Part shown: piece after piece, positions 11,530 through 25,400 of the stretch
Layout of the letters: every line of letters starts with the position of its first letter
Position numbering within the stretch: position 1 is the stretch's first letter
From: Octopus sinensis
Taxonomy: Eukaryota
DNA length: 64,000 bases
Reading direction: 5' to 3'
Assembly (NCBI RefSeq): GCF_006345805.1
Contig: NC_043019.1
Coordinates: 5,145,360 to 5,209,359 of the forward strand
Made by a program: the position numbers and the translations under genes
Notes under the pieces: model-generated
The model's input: only the letters and a program-made list of their open reading frames with translations
The model's database searches: none
What the model was told of the DNA's origin: nothing

Positions 11530-11751
11530 CCCTTTTGATACCAACCTGGCCAAAACCGCCTCTGGCTCTGAGGTACAAATGTCTTGTTGTTATAAGTATT
11601 GAATTAAAATCTTCCGCCAAACCTTAGTCACAATCTATGTTCCCAACACTAGCTTAATGATAACGAAGTTCTTTTACTAAATTCTTTGTTATATTTAAAA
11701 TTAATTGAATGAAACTCAGAGCATCTCAACAGGAATATGGTAACAAAAGGG
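11530..11751 (+). mobile_element. piggyBac-like MITE family 1
   Basis: TTAA-CCCTTT...AAAGGG-TTAA termini; copies at 28704-28924 and 56893-57112. Confidence 0.85.
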
Positions 11752-11756
11752 TTAAC

Positions 11757-12168
11757 AGTGGCTGTGTGGTAAGTAGCTTGTTTACCAACCACATGGTTCT
11801 GGGTTCAGTCCCACTGCGTGGCACCTTGGGCAAGTGTCTTCTACTATAGCCTCGGGCCGACCAAAGCCTTGTGAGTGTGGATTTAGTAGATGGAAACTGA
11901 AAGAAGCCTGTCGTATATATGTATATATATATATGTGTGTGTGTGTATGTGTTTGTGTGTCTGTGTTCGTCCCCCTAGCATTGCTTGACAACCGATGCTG
12001 GTGTGTTTATGTCCCCGTCACTTAGCGGTTCGGCAAAAGAGACCGATAGATTAAGTACTGGGCTTACAAAAGAATAAGTCCCGGGGGTCGAGTTGCTTGA
12101 CTAAAAAGGCGGTGCTCCAGCATGGCCGCAGTCAAATGACTGAAACAAGTAAAAGAGAGAAAAGAGTA
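11757..12168 (+). mobile_element. SINE family A
   Basis: Head gtggctgtgtggtaag...ggttcagtccc, internal (TA)n(TG)n tract, tail gactgaaacaagtaaaagag. Confidence 0.9.
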
Positions 12169-12472
12169 AACATTTATTCAAACCAGATATACAACTATCA
12201 GGCACATAATAGCAAAATATTTTGTTTTGAAGCCTCGAAAGCAAACCAGCAGAAATACGGATTGAATGTGTAGGAACACGCTTTGGGCAATTGTTACTTT
12301 TGCTCACTCAAATGCTTCTTTAAACCGTTAAGCTTGCAAAGTATAATCAACTTTTCCCACACCATCTTGCAGATTAAACTGACAGGCGGTGGGGTGATGC
12401 ACTTACACAACAGCTTCTCCATCCCTCTCATCAACAGCCTTGTTTCTATATACTAACTCCTGTTGCTATGGC

Positions 12473-12854
12473 TCTTTACTCTTTTACTTGTTTCAATCAT
12501 TTGACTGCAGCCATGCTGGAGCACCACCTTTAGTCGAGCAACTCGACCCCGGGACTTATTCTTTTGTAAGCCCAGTACTTATTCTATTGGTCTCTTTTGC
12601 CGAACCGCTAAGTGACGGGGATGTAAACACACCAGCATCGGTTGTCAAGCAATGCTAGGGGGACAAACACAGACACACACACATATATATATGACGGGCT
12701 TCTTTCAGTTTCCATCTACCAAATCCACTCACAAGGCATTGGTCGGCCCGGGGCTATAGCAGAAGACACTTGCCCAAGATGCCACGCAGTGGGACTGAAC
12801 CCGGAACCATGTGGTTGGTTAGCAAGCTACTTACCACACAGCCACTCCTGCACC
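12473..12854 (-). mobile_element. SINE family A
   Basis: Full copy in reverse orientation. Confidence 0.9.
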
Positions 12855-13429
12855 TATGGCTCCTTATTGATATGTTTTCCTTGTTTATATACAACCATTA
12901 CAGGAAGCATGTCACTGTGTTGGAGATTATCTCAATTTTCATGGCAGAGTCTGAGAGATACACCACAGCATAGTGCCAGACTATCTCTCAAAGAGTATTT
13001 TCGTGAATGGATCTCACCTTAGAAGGTTAAGCTGATATACACAGCAACAACTTGCATTACCAGATGGTACTTTGTCTGCAGCAAAGAGAATGAAGTTCTA
13101 ATATTTGATTTCAAATTGTGACACAAGACCAGTAATTTCAAGGTTGGAGGGGAAGTCAATTACACTGGCCCCTGTGCTCAACTGATACTTATTTTATCAT
13201 CCCCGAAAAGAATGAAGGGCAAAGTCAACCTCAGCAGAATTTGAACTCAGGATACACAGGACCAAATGCTTAGCAGCATTTTGTCTAGCATGCTAATGAT
13301 TCTGCCAGCTCACTGTTCACTCGGCATTTAAATATTCTTTTCTATTATAGGCTGAAAAGAATATGGTACTTAATTTATCGACCTTGAAAGGATGAAAGGC
13401 AAATTCGACCTCAGTAGAATGCAGCATTT

Positions 13430-13858
13430 AAATATTTATTTCTTTACTGCCCACAAGGGGCTAAACACAGAGGGGACAAACAAGGACAGACAAAGGGATT
13501 AAGTCAATTACATCGACACCAGTGCAAAACTGGTACTTTATTTATCAACCCTGAAAGGATGAAAGGCAAAGTCAACCTCGGCAGAATTTGAACTCAGAAC
13601 GTAATGACAGGTGAAATAGCTATTTCTTTATTACCCACAAGGGGCTAAACATAGAGGGGACAAACAAGGACAGACATAGGTATTAAGTCGATTACATCGA
13701 CCCCAGTGTGTAACTGGTACTTAATTTATTGACACCGAAAGGATGAAAGGTAAAGTCGACCTCGGCGGAATTTGAACTCACAGCGTAACGGCAGACGAAA
13801 TACCGCTAAGCATTTCGCCCGGCGCACTAACGTTTCTGGCAGCTCGCCGCCACTAAGC
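13430..13858 (-). mobile_element. SINE family B, tandem copies
   Basis: Reverse of ggcggcgagctggcagaaacgttag...gagttcaaattccgccgagg...gcctttcatcctttcggggtcgataaa...ccccttgtgggcagtaaagaaata. Confidence 0.85.
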
Positions 13859-14065
13859 ATTTAAATATTAAAACCCCATAGGGCAGCAAGATGGCTGAGT
13901 TGTCAGCGTGCCAGGCAAAAGCTTAATAGCATTTTCTGTCTTTACATTCTGTGTTCAAATTCCACCAAGGTCAACTTTATCTTTCATCTTTTTAGAGTCA
14001 ATAAAATAAGTACCAGTTGAACACTGGGGTCGATATAATTAACTTACACACATGTGAGATGTTTA

Positions 14066-14436
14066 CTCTTTTACTTGTTTCAGTCATTTGACTGCGGCCA
14101 TGCTGGAGCACTGCCTTTAGTCGAGCAAATTGACCCCAGGACTTATTCTTTGTAAGCCTAGTACTTATTCTATCAGTCTCTTCTGCTGAACCACTAAGTT
14201 ACATTAGCATCAGTTGTCAATCGATGTTGGGGGACAAACACACACACATATATATATATATATACATATATATGACGGGCTTCTTTCAGTTTCCGTCTAC
14301 CAAATCCACTCACAAGGCTTTGGTTGGCCTGAGGCTATAGTAGAAGACACTTGCCCAAGGTACCATGCAGTGGGACTGAACCTGGAACCATGTGGTTGGT
14401 AAGCAAGCTACTTACCACACAGCCATTCCTGCACCT
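14066..14436 (-). mobile_element. SINE family A
   Basis: Reverse copy. Confidence 0.85.
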
Positions 14437-15149
14437 ATAAATTTTTATAAAAATTTGAAATTGAAAGAAGCCCATTATATAAATGTGTGTGTTTGTCTCC
14501 TACCACTGCTTGACAACCAGTGTTGGTGTGTTTACATCCTAGTAACTTAATGGTTTGGCATGAGACCAATAGAATAAAGTATTAGGCTTTAAAAAATGTC
14601 CTGGAATTGATTTGTTTAACCCAAATCCTTCAAAGTGGTGCCCCAGTATGGCCATAGTCAAAGGACTAAAACAGGAAAGAAAAAAAAAAGATATATGCAG
14701 TAGGATATAGGTGTAGGAGTGGCTGGGTGGTAAGTAGCTTGCTAACCAACCACATGATTCCGGGTTCAGTCCCACTGCATGGCACCTTCGGCAAGTGGCT
14801 TCTGCTATAGCCTCGGGCTGACCAAAGCCTTGTGAGTGGATTTGGTAGGCGGAAACTACTTTTTATTTTCACAGTCAAATGACTGAAACAAGTAAAAGGG
14901 AGTAAGAGTATGTATAAAGTTTATGATTTTACTGAACCTCTTTAGGTTAAATTCAGTTCAAGGGAGACAGACACCCAATTTTTGACCTGTATAAATACAG
15001 GCCACTAAACAGAATACTTCTTTCACCTGGTACCTCCGAATATTTTTTGGACAGTTTGTTTTTGCTTTTAGAAACCAAACCTCTTTCTCTTTCTAGCATG
15101 CTTATCTTCCTAGCTTTTACAACCAGCATGAATATTACCAAAAGCATGC

Positions 15150-15315
15150 AAGAGTGGCTGTGTGGTAAGTAGCTTGCTAACCAACCACATGGTCCCGGGT
15201 TCGGTCCCACTGCGTGGCATCTTGAGCAAGTGTCTTCTGCTATAGCCCCGGGCCGACCAATGCCTAGTGAGTGGATTTGGTAGACGGAAACTGAAAGAAG
15301 CCTGTCATATATATG

Positions 15316-15348
<33 letters not shown>

Positions 15349-15558
15349 TTTGAGTGTCTGTGTATGTCCCCCTAGCATTGCTTGACAACCGATGCTAGTG
15401 TGTTTACGTCCCCGTCACTTAGCGGTTCGGCAAAAGAGACTGATAGAATAAGTACTGGGCTTACAAAGACTAAGTCCCGGGGTCGATTTGCTTGACTAAA
15501 GGCGGTGCTCCAGCATGGCCACAGTCAAATGACTGAAACAAGTAAAAGAGTAAAGAGT
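15150..15558 (+). mobile_element. SINE family A
   Basis: Full copy. Confidence 0.9.
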
Positions 15559-15959
15559 AAGCCATGTCATTACTAACATCCTCTGCTACCTCAAAAGAGC
15601 AGATAGCTACTGCTTTTGTAGACGGTTCCCAATGATGAGTTCCCAGGTCAATAAAATCTGCAGGAAGAAACATTTAGTCCTGTTGAGTTGTTCAGTGCAG
15701 CATACCACAGTGTCCCATCAAGTTTAGATAATGTGCTATTAATACCAATAACCACTGCGCTCATTGCATCTATCAGAAGCATACACACACACACACACAT
15801 ACATGCATACATATATATATATATAAAACTGAGAATGTATGTCTGTCTGTCTGTGTGAATCTCTAAAACTTGAGAACAACACAACCAATTTCACCAGTTG
15901 TCAAGAGGTGGTGCTGATGGTGGCGGCTGGGCACAAACACAAACACAAAGACACACACA

Positions 15960-15990
<31 letters not shown>

Positions 15991-16336
15991 ACATATATAT
16001 ACGATGGGCTTCTTTCAGTTTCTAACTACCGAATCCACTCACAAGGCTTTGGTTGAGGCTATAGTAGAAGACATTTGGCCAAAGTGCCACGCAATGGGAC
16101 TGAACCCCAAATCATGTGGTTGGGAAGCAAGCTTACCACACAGCTGCAGAAGCAACAGAGTGACTCAAGGGCCAAGAGTTTCGTGCGTTGGCCCTTATCA
16201 AACCCCCGGAAATCTCAAACCTTGAGTCACTTTGATGCTTCTGCTAAATATTAATAAAATTTACATATATTCATATTTTGAGTTCCAGTTTGGACCTCCT
16301 CAATTTTTCTTGTTTGCATCACCATTCCTATACATG

Positions 16337-16950
16337 CAGGCGTGGTTATGTGGTACGAAGCTTACTTCCTAACCACATGGTTTGGGGTTCAGTCCCACTG
16401 CGTGGCACCTTGGGCAAGTGTTTTCTGTTATAACCTCGGGCCAACCAAAAGCCTTGTGAGTGAATTTGGTAGACGGAAACTGAAAGGAGGGGATACGACT
16501 AGCGAACAGTGGTCCCGGTGCGCGCAGTCGCGTAGTCGCGCATCCGCGCTAGCTAGTCATGACTAGTCGATCCTTACTTTGTGTTTTTTTTGTTATTTAC
16601 TTTGTGTTTTTGTGTTTTATTTACTTTGCTAGGTAGTCGTTGTAGGATCGACTAGTCACGACTAGCTAGCGCGGATGAGCGTGTGCGCGCATCGGGACCA
16701 CTGTTCGCTAGTAGTACCCTGAAAGAAACCCTTCGTATATTATGTATGTGTGTGAGTGTGTGCTTTTGTGTTTATCTCCCCGTCACCGCTTGCCAACCGG
16801 TGCTGGTGTGTTTACGTCCCCTAATTTCGCGGTTCGGCTAAAGAGATTCATAGAACAAGTTCCAGGTTTTACAAAGCACTGGGATCGATTCGTTCGACTA
16901 AACTTCTTCGAGACGGTGTCCGAAACACAGTCGCAGTATGAAACAAGTAA
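16337..16950 (+). mobile_element. Diverged SINE family A, interrupted by a MITE; ends ~140 bp upstream of the ASB ATG
   Basis: Head at ~16340; ggaaactgaaag resumes as ctgaaagaaacccttcgtatat after the insert. Confidence 0.75.
16487..16718. mobile_element. CpG-rich MITE with ~85-bp inverted arms
   Basis: actagcgaacagtggtcccggtgcgcgca...gactagtcgatcct versus aggatcgactagtc...tgcgcgcatcgggaccactgttcgctagt. It has a T-rich spacer and a flanking ctgaaag duplication. Confidence 0.85.
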
Positions 16951-17063
16951 ATGATAAAAAATAATACATATATATATATATATACATATAATTGTGGAAT
17001 AAATTATGAAGTATTGGCCCATATTTCTTTGAGGGACAGTTTTTCCGTCATCGCCGGTCTCCT

Positions 17064-17072
17064 CCGGAAGTG
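17064..17072 (+). promoter_or_regulatory. ETS-family site CCGGAAGTG, 17 bp upstream of the ASB ATG
   Basis: Exact consensus match in a small CpG-containing patch; function inferred only. Confidence 0.35.
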
Positions 17073-17088
17073 TCAGAGAATAATAAAC

Positions 17089-17190
17089 ATGGGCGACGTG
17101 GGGAACCTGAAAAGGGCCGTTCGCTCTTGTGATCTGCCCCTTGTTAGACGTCTGGTGAAAGGTGGAGTGTCCGTCGACCAAAGACTATGG
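17089..17190 (+). CDS. ASB-like exon 1 (MGDVGNLKRAVRSCDLPLVRRLVKGGVSVDQRLW), degenerate ankyrin repeat
   Basis: ATG in context aaacATGG; GT donor at 17191; ankyrin-like L..AVR.CDL.LVR.LV..G..VD. Confidence 0.75.
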
Positions 17191-20100
17191 GTTTGTATAT
17201 TCCCTCATTTTCTATCTGTTGTCGGTGGAGAATAATTAAACGTGCGTTAATTGGCAATTTTCAGCAACAGCAAAAATATACACAAATCCAGCCCCCACCT
17301 TCATCAAATTGGATCATTGAAGTGGGGATGTGTCTCGGGTGGGGAACCCTTTTTGTACCAGGAGGGATTTGCAAATAGATTGACAATTTTCAACAACAAA
17401 AATGTACACAAATCCAGCCCCCACCCTCATCAAATTGTGTCGTTGAAGTGGGGCTGTGTCTTGGGTGGGGAACCCTTTTTGTACCAGGAGGGATTTGCAA
17501 ATAGATAAAGATTTTTAAGTCGTAACTGTGCTGAGAAAAGAAAAGGAATTGAATCGGCATTCCTACACTTATGTACCCCAGCGACTTTATTGCCTCCTAA
17601 CTCCCCCAAAAATTGATATTTTTTAATGAAATTTTTACAAATACCCTTCAGATGGTCTAGATTCTGGTTATATCAGAATATGTGGTAGAAAACTTTGGAA
17701 AGACTTCCGCCAAATTTTTCCGAGAGTGGGGTGAGGAATTTCGGAAAATTCACACAAGACGGCTTTCTTTGCTCATAACTTTAAAAAGGCATGGGTAATT
17801 TTTTATGAAATTTTCTATAAATACCTTTCAGAGTGTGTCAGAATTTAATATGATACATGGAGGCTGATACATGTACTCATACTGATGACATATCTACAAA
17901 ATGAAACTTGAAATTTCGAAAAATATTCTACCTGTATTATGCTCAAACTGGCCAGGTGTGGCCTCTCACACCTACCCTACAATATAATTCTAAAAACGTA
18001 CTAAATCACATCATTGAAATCTCAAAGCTAAGAGGTAAGACAAGATTAAATGAAAACATGAATAAATAAATATTACATTTTACAGAGTATTTTAAAACTA
18101 AAGAGTTAATGGGATAATATAGGTAACTATATTCATCGTCATCATCATTTAACGTCCGTTTTTCAGGCTGGACAGTTTGACAGGAGCTGGGTATAATATA
18201 TTTATGGCGGTGAGCTGGCAGAAACGTTAGCACGCCGGGCGAAATGCGTAGCCGTATTTCGTCCGCCGTTACGTTCTGAGTTCAAATTCCGCCGAGGTTG
18301 ACTTTGCCTTTCATCCTTTCGGGGTCGATAAATTAAGTACCAGTTACGCACTGGTGTCGATGTAATCGACTTAATCCCTTTGTCTGTCCTTGTTTCTCCC
18401 CTCTGTGTTTAGCCCCTTGTGGGCAGTAAAGAAATATATATTTATGTGTGAAAAAAACTGAGATGGTCACAGCTTGATTGTCTTTGGTTATATCTGAGGA
18501 ATTACAACCATGTTTCGTGGTCTGCTACTGCTACAGCTCCTTTATAGGGTCCAGTTAGCTCAAGACATCATCAGGAGGAATCACGTCCGGTTTCGGCCCC
18601 TACTCCTTAGTCTGTCAAATCAAACCTACAAGGGTGTTTTTACAGGATCGCTTGACCTGCTAACTATAGCTCCCTAAGATCTTATCCTACATCTTTTATA
18701 AGAGAAAGGACACAAGATAATGTAGTCTTGGATATGCCATATCTACAGTGGAGGCACAATGGCTAGTGTTTAGGGCAGCGGACTCGTGGTCATAGGATCA
18801 CGGTTTCGATTCCCAGACCAGGCATTGTGAGTGTTTATTGAGCGAAAACACCAAAGGTTCCACAAGGCTACGGCAGGGGGTGGTGGTGAACTCTGCTGTA
18901 CTCTTTCACCACAACTTTCTCTCACTCTTACTTCCTGTCACTCTCTGTGACGCTGAATCTCCCCGAGCACTACATTAAGGATACACGTGTCTGTGGAGTG
19001 CTCAGCCACTTGCACGTTAATAAATGAGCTGCGACGTCACTGGTGCCAAGCTGTATCGGCCCCTTTGCCTTTCCCTTGGATAACATCGGTGACGTGGAGA
19101 GGGGAGGCTGGTTTGCATGGGCAACTTCTGGCCTTCCATAAACAACCTTGCCCACACCTGTGCCTCAGAGGGTAACTTTCTTGGTGCAATCCCATGGTCA
19201 TTCATGACTGAAGGGGGTCTCCAACCATATCTACATAAAAGATGGAATCGTCACAGTTGAAATACCTTCGATCTTAAGTGTGTGTGATCAACTTTGGCCC
19301 AGAACTATATGATAACTTTACAATTTTCATCTTTCCAATATGGTGGAACATTGCTCTGTAATTGTTCTTTGTAATTTTCTTCTTTAGTATGGCACAACAT
19401 TACTCCAGGAGGCAGTTACTCAGGCACATGTCGAAATGGCACGTGTTTTGATCCAGTATGGCAAAGCAGATCTCGATGCACAAAACGATGTAAGTCAAAT
19501 ATTTTTCCAATTCTCTTTTACTGGTTCCAACCAGTTGACATGGTTTAACCATAATCCACCTCTGAATACAGAGTTGCTAAAACTTTAAATAACTATTAAA
19601 TGAACTAGCAAATCTGCCCATCTATGAGGGAGGGAAGTCATAAAAGCAGTAAGTATTGAGAAATGTATAAATGGACTTGATAGATTTTGTTGTTGTTTGT
19701 TCCTTCTCGAGCCACGCCTGGATCATAATGAGCCGGTTTCCTGGTTTCTTGGCGTATAGGTTCCCCACCTGGACGGAACACCGGTCCGTCGTAAGTGAGC
19801 TGCAAGATGCAGGAGGAAAGAGTGAGAGAAAGTTGTGGCGAAAGAGTCAGCAGAAATTTCGCCATTACCTTCTGCCGGAGCCGCATGGAGCTTAGGTGTT
19901 TCGCTCATAAACACACACATCGCCCGGTCTGAGATTTTAACCCACGATCCCTCAACTGCAAGTCCGCTGCTCTAATTCACTAGGCCATGTGCCTCCACAC
20001 TTGATAGATTACTGGGTGATGTCTTAGAGAAATCATGTTATTGTTGGTGATACAGCTATATGATGTGTTTGTAACTGACATGTGATGACAATTCCCTCCC

Positions 20101-22452
20101 GAACTGAAATAGGCTCCCTGCCTTTGTATCACGAATGGTTATGTGAACCACTCCTAACGAAAGCCAGGGCTTCCTTTGGTCAGTACATAAAAAGTATTAA
20201 GAAAAAAATGTTATTTAGATATACTTTTATTTTAGTTGTTTACACTATTTTACCCTCGTTTATACTTTTATACATTCAAAGTCCACAAATTTCCTTATTT
20301 GAATTATGAGTCCGATTCCTTTCGATAATATCAATATGATTACAAAACTTCTTTGTAGACGATATTTTCTGTTTGGTCGACACTAATTTTTGAATTACTG
20401 GAATCCGTTGCTCTACTGGCCGTGTGTAAATATCGGAGTGGGTAAAAATATACCTACATGATCTAAAGTCTGGCCTTGCGCTTTGTTTGCTGTGAATGCC
20501 CGAGTGGTATCTTTTGAGTAGCAAAAGATCAAACTAAGACTTACTTCTCATTGTTCTATGTGAATAATGTCTGGATGTTCTGGTGCCATGCGTTATTTTC
20601 ATTGAGAAAACTGAGATGTAAACAACAGCCGCTTCGATTAGCTGTTTCGAATCCTGCTCAAGACTGACACACTTCAATAACCACTAAATAATCACACACA
20701 CTATATACTGACACACACTTTTTCCTTTTTATTTTCACTGTTAATCGTCCTCGTGACCCCCTTCATATCTACAATGGGGCCACAAACTATACAATGAAAA
20801 TCCAGAGTTACTCGTGTTTGGTGAATTTTTAATGAAAATGCAAAAGCGGTTTATCAATTCAAAAATCAATATCCATGAAATAATCGTACTTTCTGATTTT
20901 TTGATGCTAAAAAACTTCCTGATGACCATCTTTGTAATCCTGAAAAATATCGCAGCTATTGGGTCCAGCCATCTGGAAAAGACAAAGGGAAGGACAGACA
21001 GACAGGCATAATGCCCATTATACTAGGATAGCAAATCTGCGTATCTATGATGGGAAACAAAGGGATAGTATTGCAAATCTAAACCTTCTAAATTCATGAA
21101 CTATATGGGGAGGGAAATCTAGAGTTAATCCTCATTGCCAGAATTTTAAGAAAAAAAATCAAAAAGTGATTTATTAATACAAAACTCAATATCTACTAAA
21201 TAACCCTACTTAGTCACATTTTTTTTTTGCTAAAAACCTTCCTGATTACCTCCTTCGTAATCCTGAAAAACATTGTGACCGTTGGTCCAGCTGTTTGACT
21301 GTGAAGAAGGAACACACAGACAGACATAATGCCCATTATAGTCGGGGACTCCCTTTGGTCACGACACTGACCATGGGATTGCACCCAGAAAGTTACCCTC
21401 CTAGTCACAAGTCCGGGTAAGGTTGTTTACGGAAGACCAGCAGTCGCCCATGCATACCGGCCTCCCCTCTCCACACCACTGATGTTATCCAAGGGAAAGG
21501 CAAAGGGGCCGATACAGCTTGGCACCTGTTACGTTGCAACTCATTTCTACAGCTGAGTGAAGTGGAGCAACGTGATATAAAGTGCCTTGCTCAAGAACAC
21601 AACACATAGCCCGGTCCAGGAATCAAACTCACAACCTCACGATCGTAAGCTTTATGCTCTAACCACTGAGCCATGCGCCTTCACTAATGAGAACATAAAG
21701 ATGGATGAAATACCGCTTAGCATTTTGCCTGGCGTGCTAACAATTCTGCCAGCTCACCACCTTAATAATAATAATCCTTTCTACTATAGGCACAAAGCCT
21801 GAAATTTTGGTGGAAGAGATGAGTTGATTAAATCGACCCCAGTGTTCCACTGGTACTTAATTACTTAATTTATTGACCTTGAAAGTATGAACAGCAAAGT
21901 TATCCAAAGGAAAGGCAAAGGGGCCGATACAGCTTGGCACCAGTGACGTCACAACTCATTTCTACAACTGAGTGAACTGGAGCAACGTGAAATAAAGTGT
22001 CTTGCTCAAGAACACAACACGCAGCCCGGTCCAGGATTTGAGCTCACAACCTCAGAATCGTAAGCTTGACGCTCTAACCACTGAGCTATGCGCCCATTAT
22101 AGTAACATGTCTAATAAAGAAGACTGTTGTAGACTAAATAGTTACTGGCCCTCCATGGATTACAACAATGCGTGCTTCAGTCGATCTGATCACCAGAAGT
22201 TCATGAGGTCGCTCATGAAATTAACTTGCATGTGACTGAGCACTCCACAGACACATATGTCCTTAATGGAGTTTACAGGAAGGCACAGGAGTGGCTGCAT
22301 GGTAAGTAGCTTGCTTACCAACCACATGGTTCCGGGTTCAGTCCCACTGCGTGGCACCTTGGGCAAGAGTCTCCTACTATAGCCTTGGGCCGACCAATAC
22401 CTTGTGAGTGGATTTGGTAGACGGAAACTGAAAGAAGCCTGTCGTATATATG

Positions 22453-22484
<32 letters not shown>

Positions 22485-25400
22485 AGTGTTTGTGCATCTG
22501 TGTTTGCCCCCCCCAACGTCGCTTACAGGGACGCTGGTGTGTTTGCGTCCCCGTAACTTAGCGGTTTGGCAAAAGAGACTGATAGAATAAGTACTAGGCT
22601 TACAAAGAATAAGTCCCGGGGTCAATTTCCTCGACTAAAGGTGGTGCTCCAGCATGGCCGCAGTCAAATGACTGAAACAAGTAAAAGAGTAAAAGAGAGT
22701 GAGATTCAGTTTGACATAGAATGTGATAAGACTGGCCCTTTCAAATAAAGGTACAACTCATTTTTGGCGGCTGAGTGGACTGGAGCAACATGAAATAAAG
22801 GGTCTTGCTCAAGAACACAATGTACTACCAGTAATCAAACTCACAACCTTATGACCACGAGTCGAATACTCCAGCCACTAAGCCACGCACCCTCACAGTT
22901 TGAAAATTTGAATAAATATCTGTGACTTTTAATATTTGGGGCTGAGCCCTTTTTTAGAGAAAAACATGAAATCGTTTTCAGTAACATTAAATAAATAAAT
23001 TTATGAACTTATTTCTATTTTACTTCAGGATGGAAAAACTGCCCTTCATATAGCTTCGCGGGCTGGTCAAGAAGCCCTTGTGGATCTTCTTTTAGAAGCA
23101 GGAGCTAAAGTTAATATCCAGTGCCTTGTGAGTATTTGAAGTCTTATAATGTGTAACACAATTTTTATGTATGGGGAGCAATTGTTATTTCTTATTTGCT
23201 TAGTCCTAGAAAGTATGAAAAATGGCTAATGTTTCCTTCGAACTTTGCTTTTCTTTACATTTATTCAAACTCCAGAGTCCCTCTCAACATATGGCTATGA
23301 TGCTCCCCCACTACACCAGCTCATCATCAGATATGGACATATTAAGGCGGCGAGCTGGCAGAAACGTTAGCACGCCGGGCGAAATGCCTAGTAGTATTTC
23401 GTCTGGTGCTACGTTCTGAGTTCAAATTCTGCCAAATTCGACTTTGCCTTTCATCCTTTCGGGGTCGATCAAATAAGTACCAGTTACACACTGGGGTTGA
23501 TATAATCAACTTAATCCGTTTGTCTGTCCTTGTTTGTCCTCTCCGTGTTTAACCCCTTGTGAGCAATAAAGAAATAGGTATGGACATATCTTCAGCCACT
23601 AAGGGACATACCCAAGTGGTTATGGTCAAGCAAGTGACAAGCAAATCTGTGATATTGGACAGAATATTTTCTATAATGATATTTCTGCTTCAGCAACTCA
23701 GTACTGAATCTGTCTGAAATGTAATGGAAAATATGTCCATTTCAAAACATTAATGTCCAGGTGACAAAAGCAAAGTTTGAAGGGAATAGAAGTCATTTCT
23801 TTTGATTCCTAGATAGAAGTGAAGAAGAAATAACACTTATTGACCAAAAAACAAAAAAAATTTAAATTTTGTTACACTGTGTTATCTATCATCATCATCT
23901 TCATTGTCATTGTCATCATCATTGTTGTTATTCTTGATCGTAACATCACCATCATGGACCAAGTGATGGCACCTCTAAATTAGGGGTCCTCAACCAGGGT
24001 CCATATAAGATTTTCTCGTTAAAATTTATGTGCAATAAAATGGTTATATATATATTGGGTTGTCTGGAAAGTTCATGCCGATTTATAGTAGCTTACCTTT
24101 CGACTTATTTTAGAACATGGTTGAGTCCATAAAATAGGATTTGCCTGCACCTCCATTTAGAGCACAGTTTAAGCTATCTTTTCGTGGAAGAAGGTTTACG
24201 TTCTTATAACCTGTGTTAATTCTGTAACCCTTTAAAATGGAAGATTTGAGTCAGTGAACAGGTCGTGGTCTTAAAGCGCCGAAAATACTTTGACAACTTA
24301 AATGCTGGAACGGTTTTTGTGTGTTTCTTAAATGGCTTACAAACACCTTCCACGCTGCAATTGTTTTCATTTCAGCACACGATCTCAGATCAAATCACTT
24401 GTTATGCAAGTACATCTCCGTAATATATTTCTATTGGGTCGTCCAGAAAGTTCGTGCCGATTTATAGTAGCTTACCTTTCGACTTATTTTAGAACATGGT
24501 TGAGTCCATAAAATAGGATTTGACTACACCTCCATTTAGAGCACAGTTTAAGCTATCTTTTCGTGAAAGAAGGTTTATGTTCCTGTAACCTGTGTTAATT
24601 CTGTAACCCTTTAAAATGGAAGATAAGAAAGTTCATTTTTGGCACTTGATGCTTTGGGAATCAGACAAAAATTGCTGCAGTTCGGCTGGGATGTGTTACC
24701 CCACCCTCCATATTCACCAGATATTGCCTCCCCCTACCCCAAAATTTCGGGCCTTGTGCCTAGAGTAGAAAAGACTATTTACCCCCAGGGATAAACGTTA
24801 CCTTACCACTCAGTCTCCATGTGTCGTTTTTGAAAATTTGATTTTATCCGAGGTTTGTTATTTAAAAAAAATTTAATGATTAACAAATTCTTTCTGTGTC
24901 TGTTGCAGGACGAGACAACTTCTCTGCATTTGGCCATGTGGAAGAGCAAAGCAAATGTTGTGGAGAAGCTGATTGGTGCAGGAGCCAACCCCAACCTCCG
25001 AGATCAGGTGAGACAGAATGACACCATCATCATCATCAACATTGAGCTAACATGGACTTCATGTAGTCACTGAAGCTGCTAGAAATAGCAGCCAAATTTC
25101 CCTTAATTTATCTACTTTCTATAAAATGGGGAAGATATCTTTATATATAAAAGTGAAGTTGTGTGAGTGTCTGTCTCCTATGATTTAGATTCCTAACTAC
25201 TCCCACATTTTGCGGTGCAGTTTAACCAAAAGCGGGTATCTTATAGTCGTGATTCATATCGAGCCCTTCTGGGTATTAGCGCGTGTCTACGATGAGTCTA
25301 CGATTTTAAAAAATTTTACCATCATTTCTTTCCATTTTAATGCATTTTTTCGCTATTATATAAGGGAAGTAACTCTCTAAAAATGCTTATATAGTTATTT

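Noticed and set aside
17880-17915. CTGATGA...GAAAC hammerhead-like match (also CTGATGAG at ~2178 and GAAACGTGCGTAGTC at ~42470)
   Set aside because: Stem II and/or stem I cannot be formed, or one half of the core is missing.
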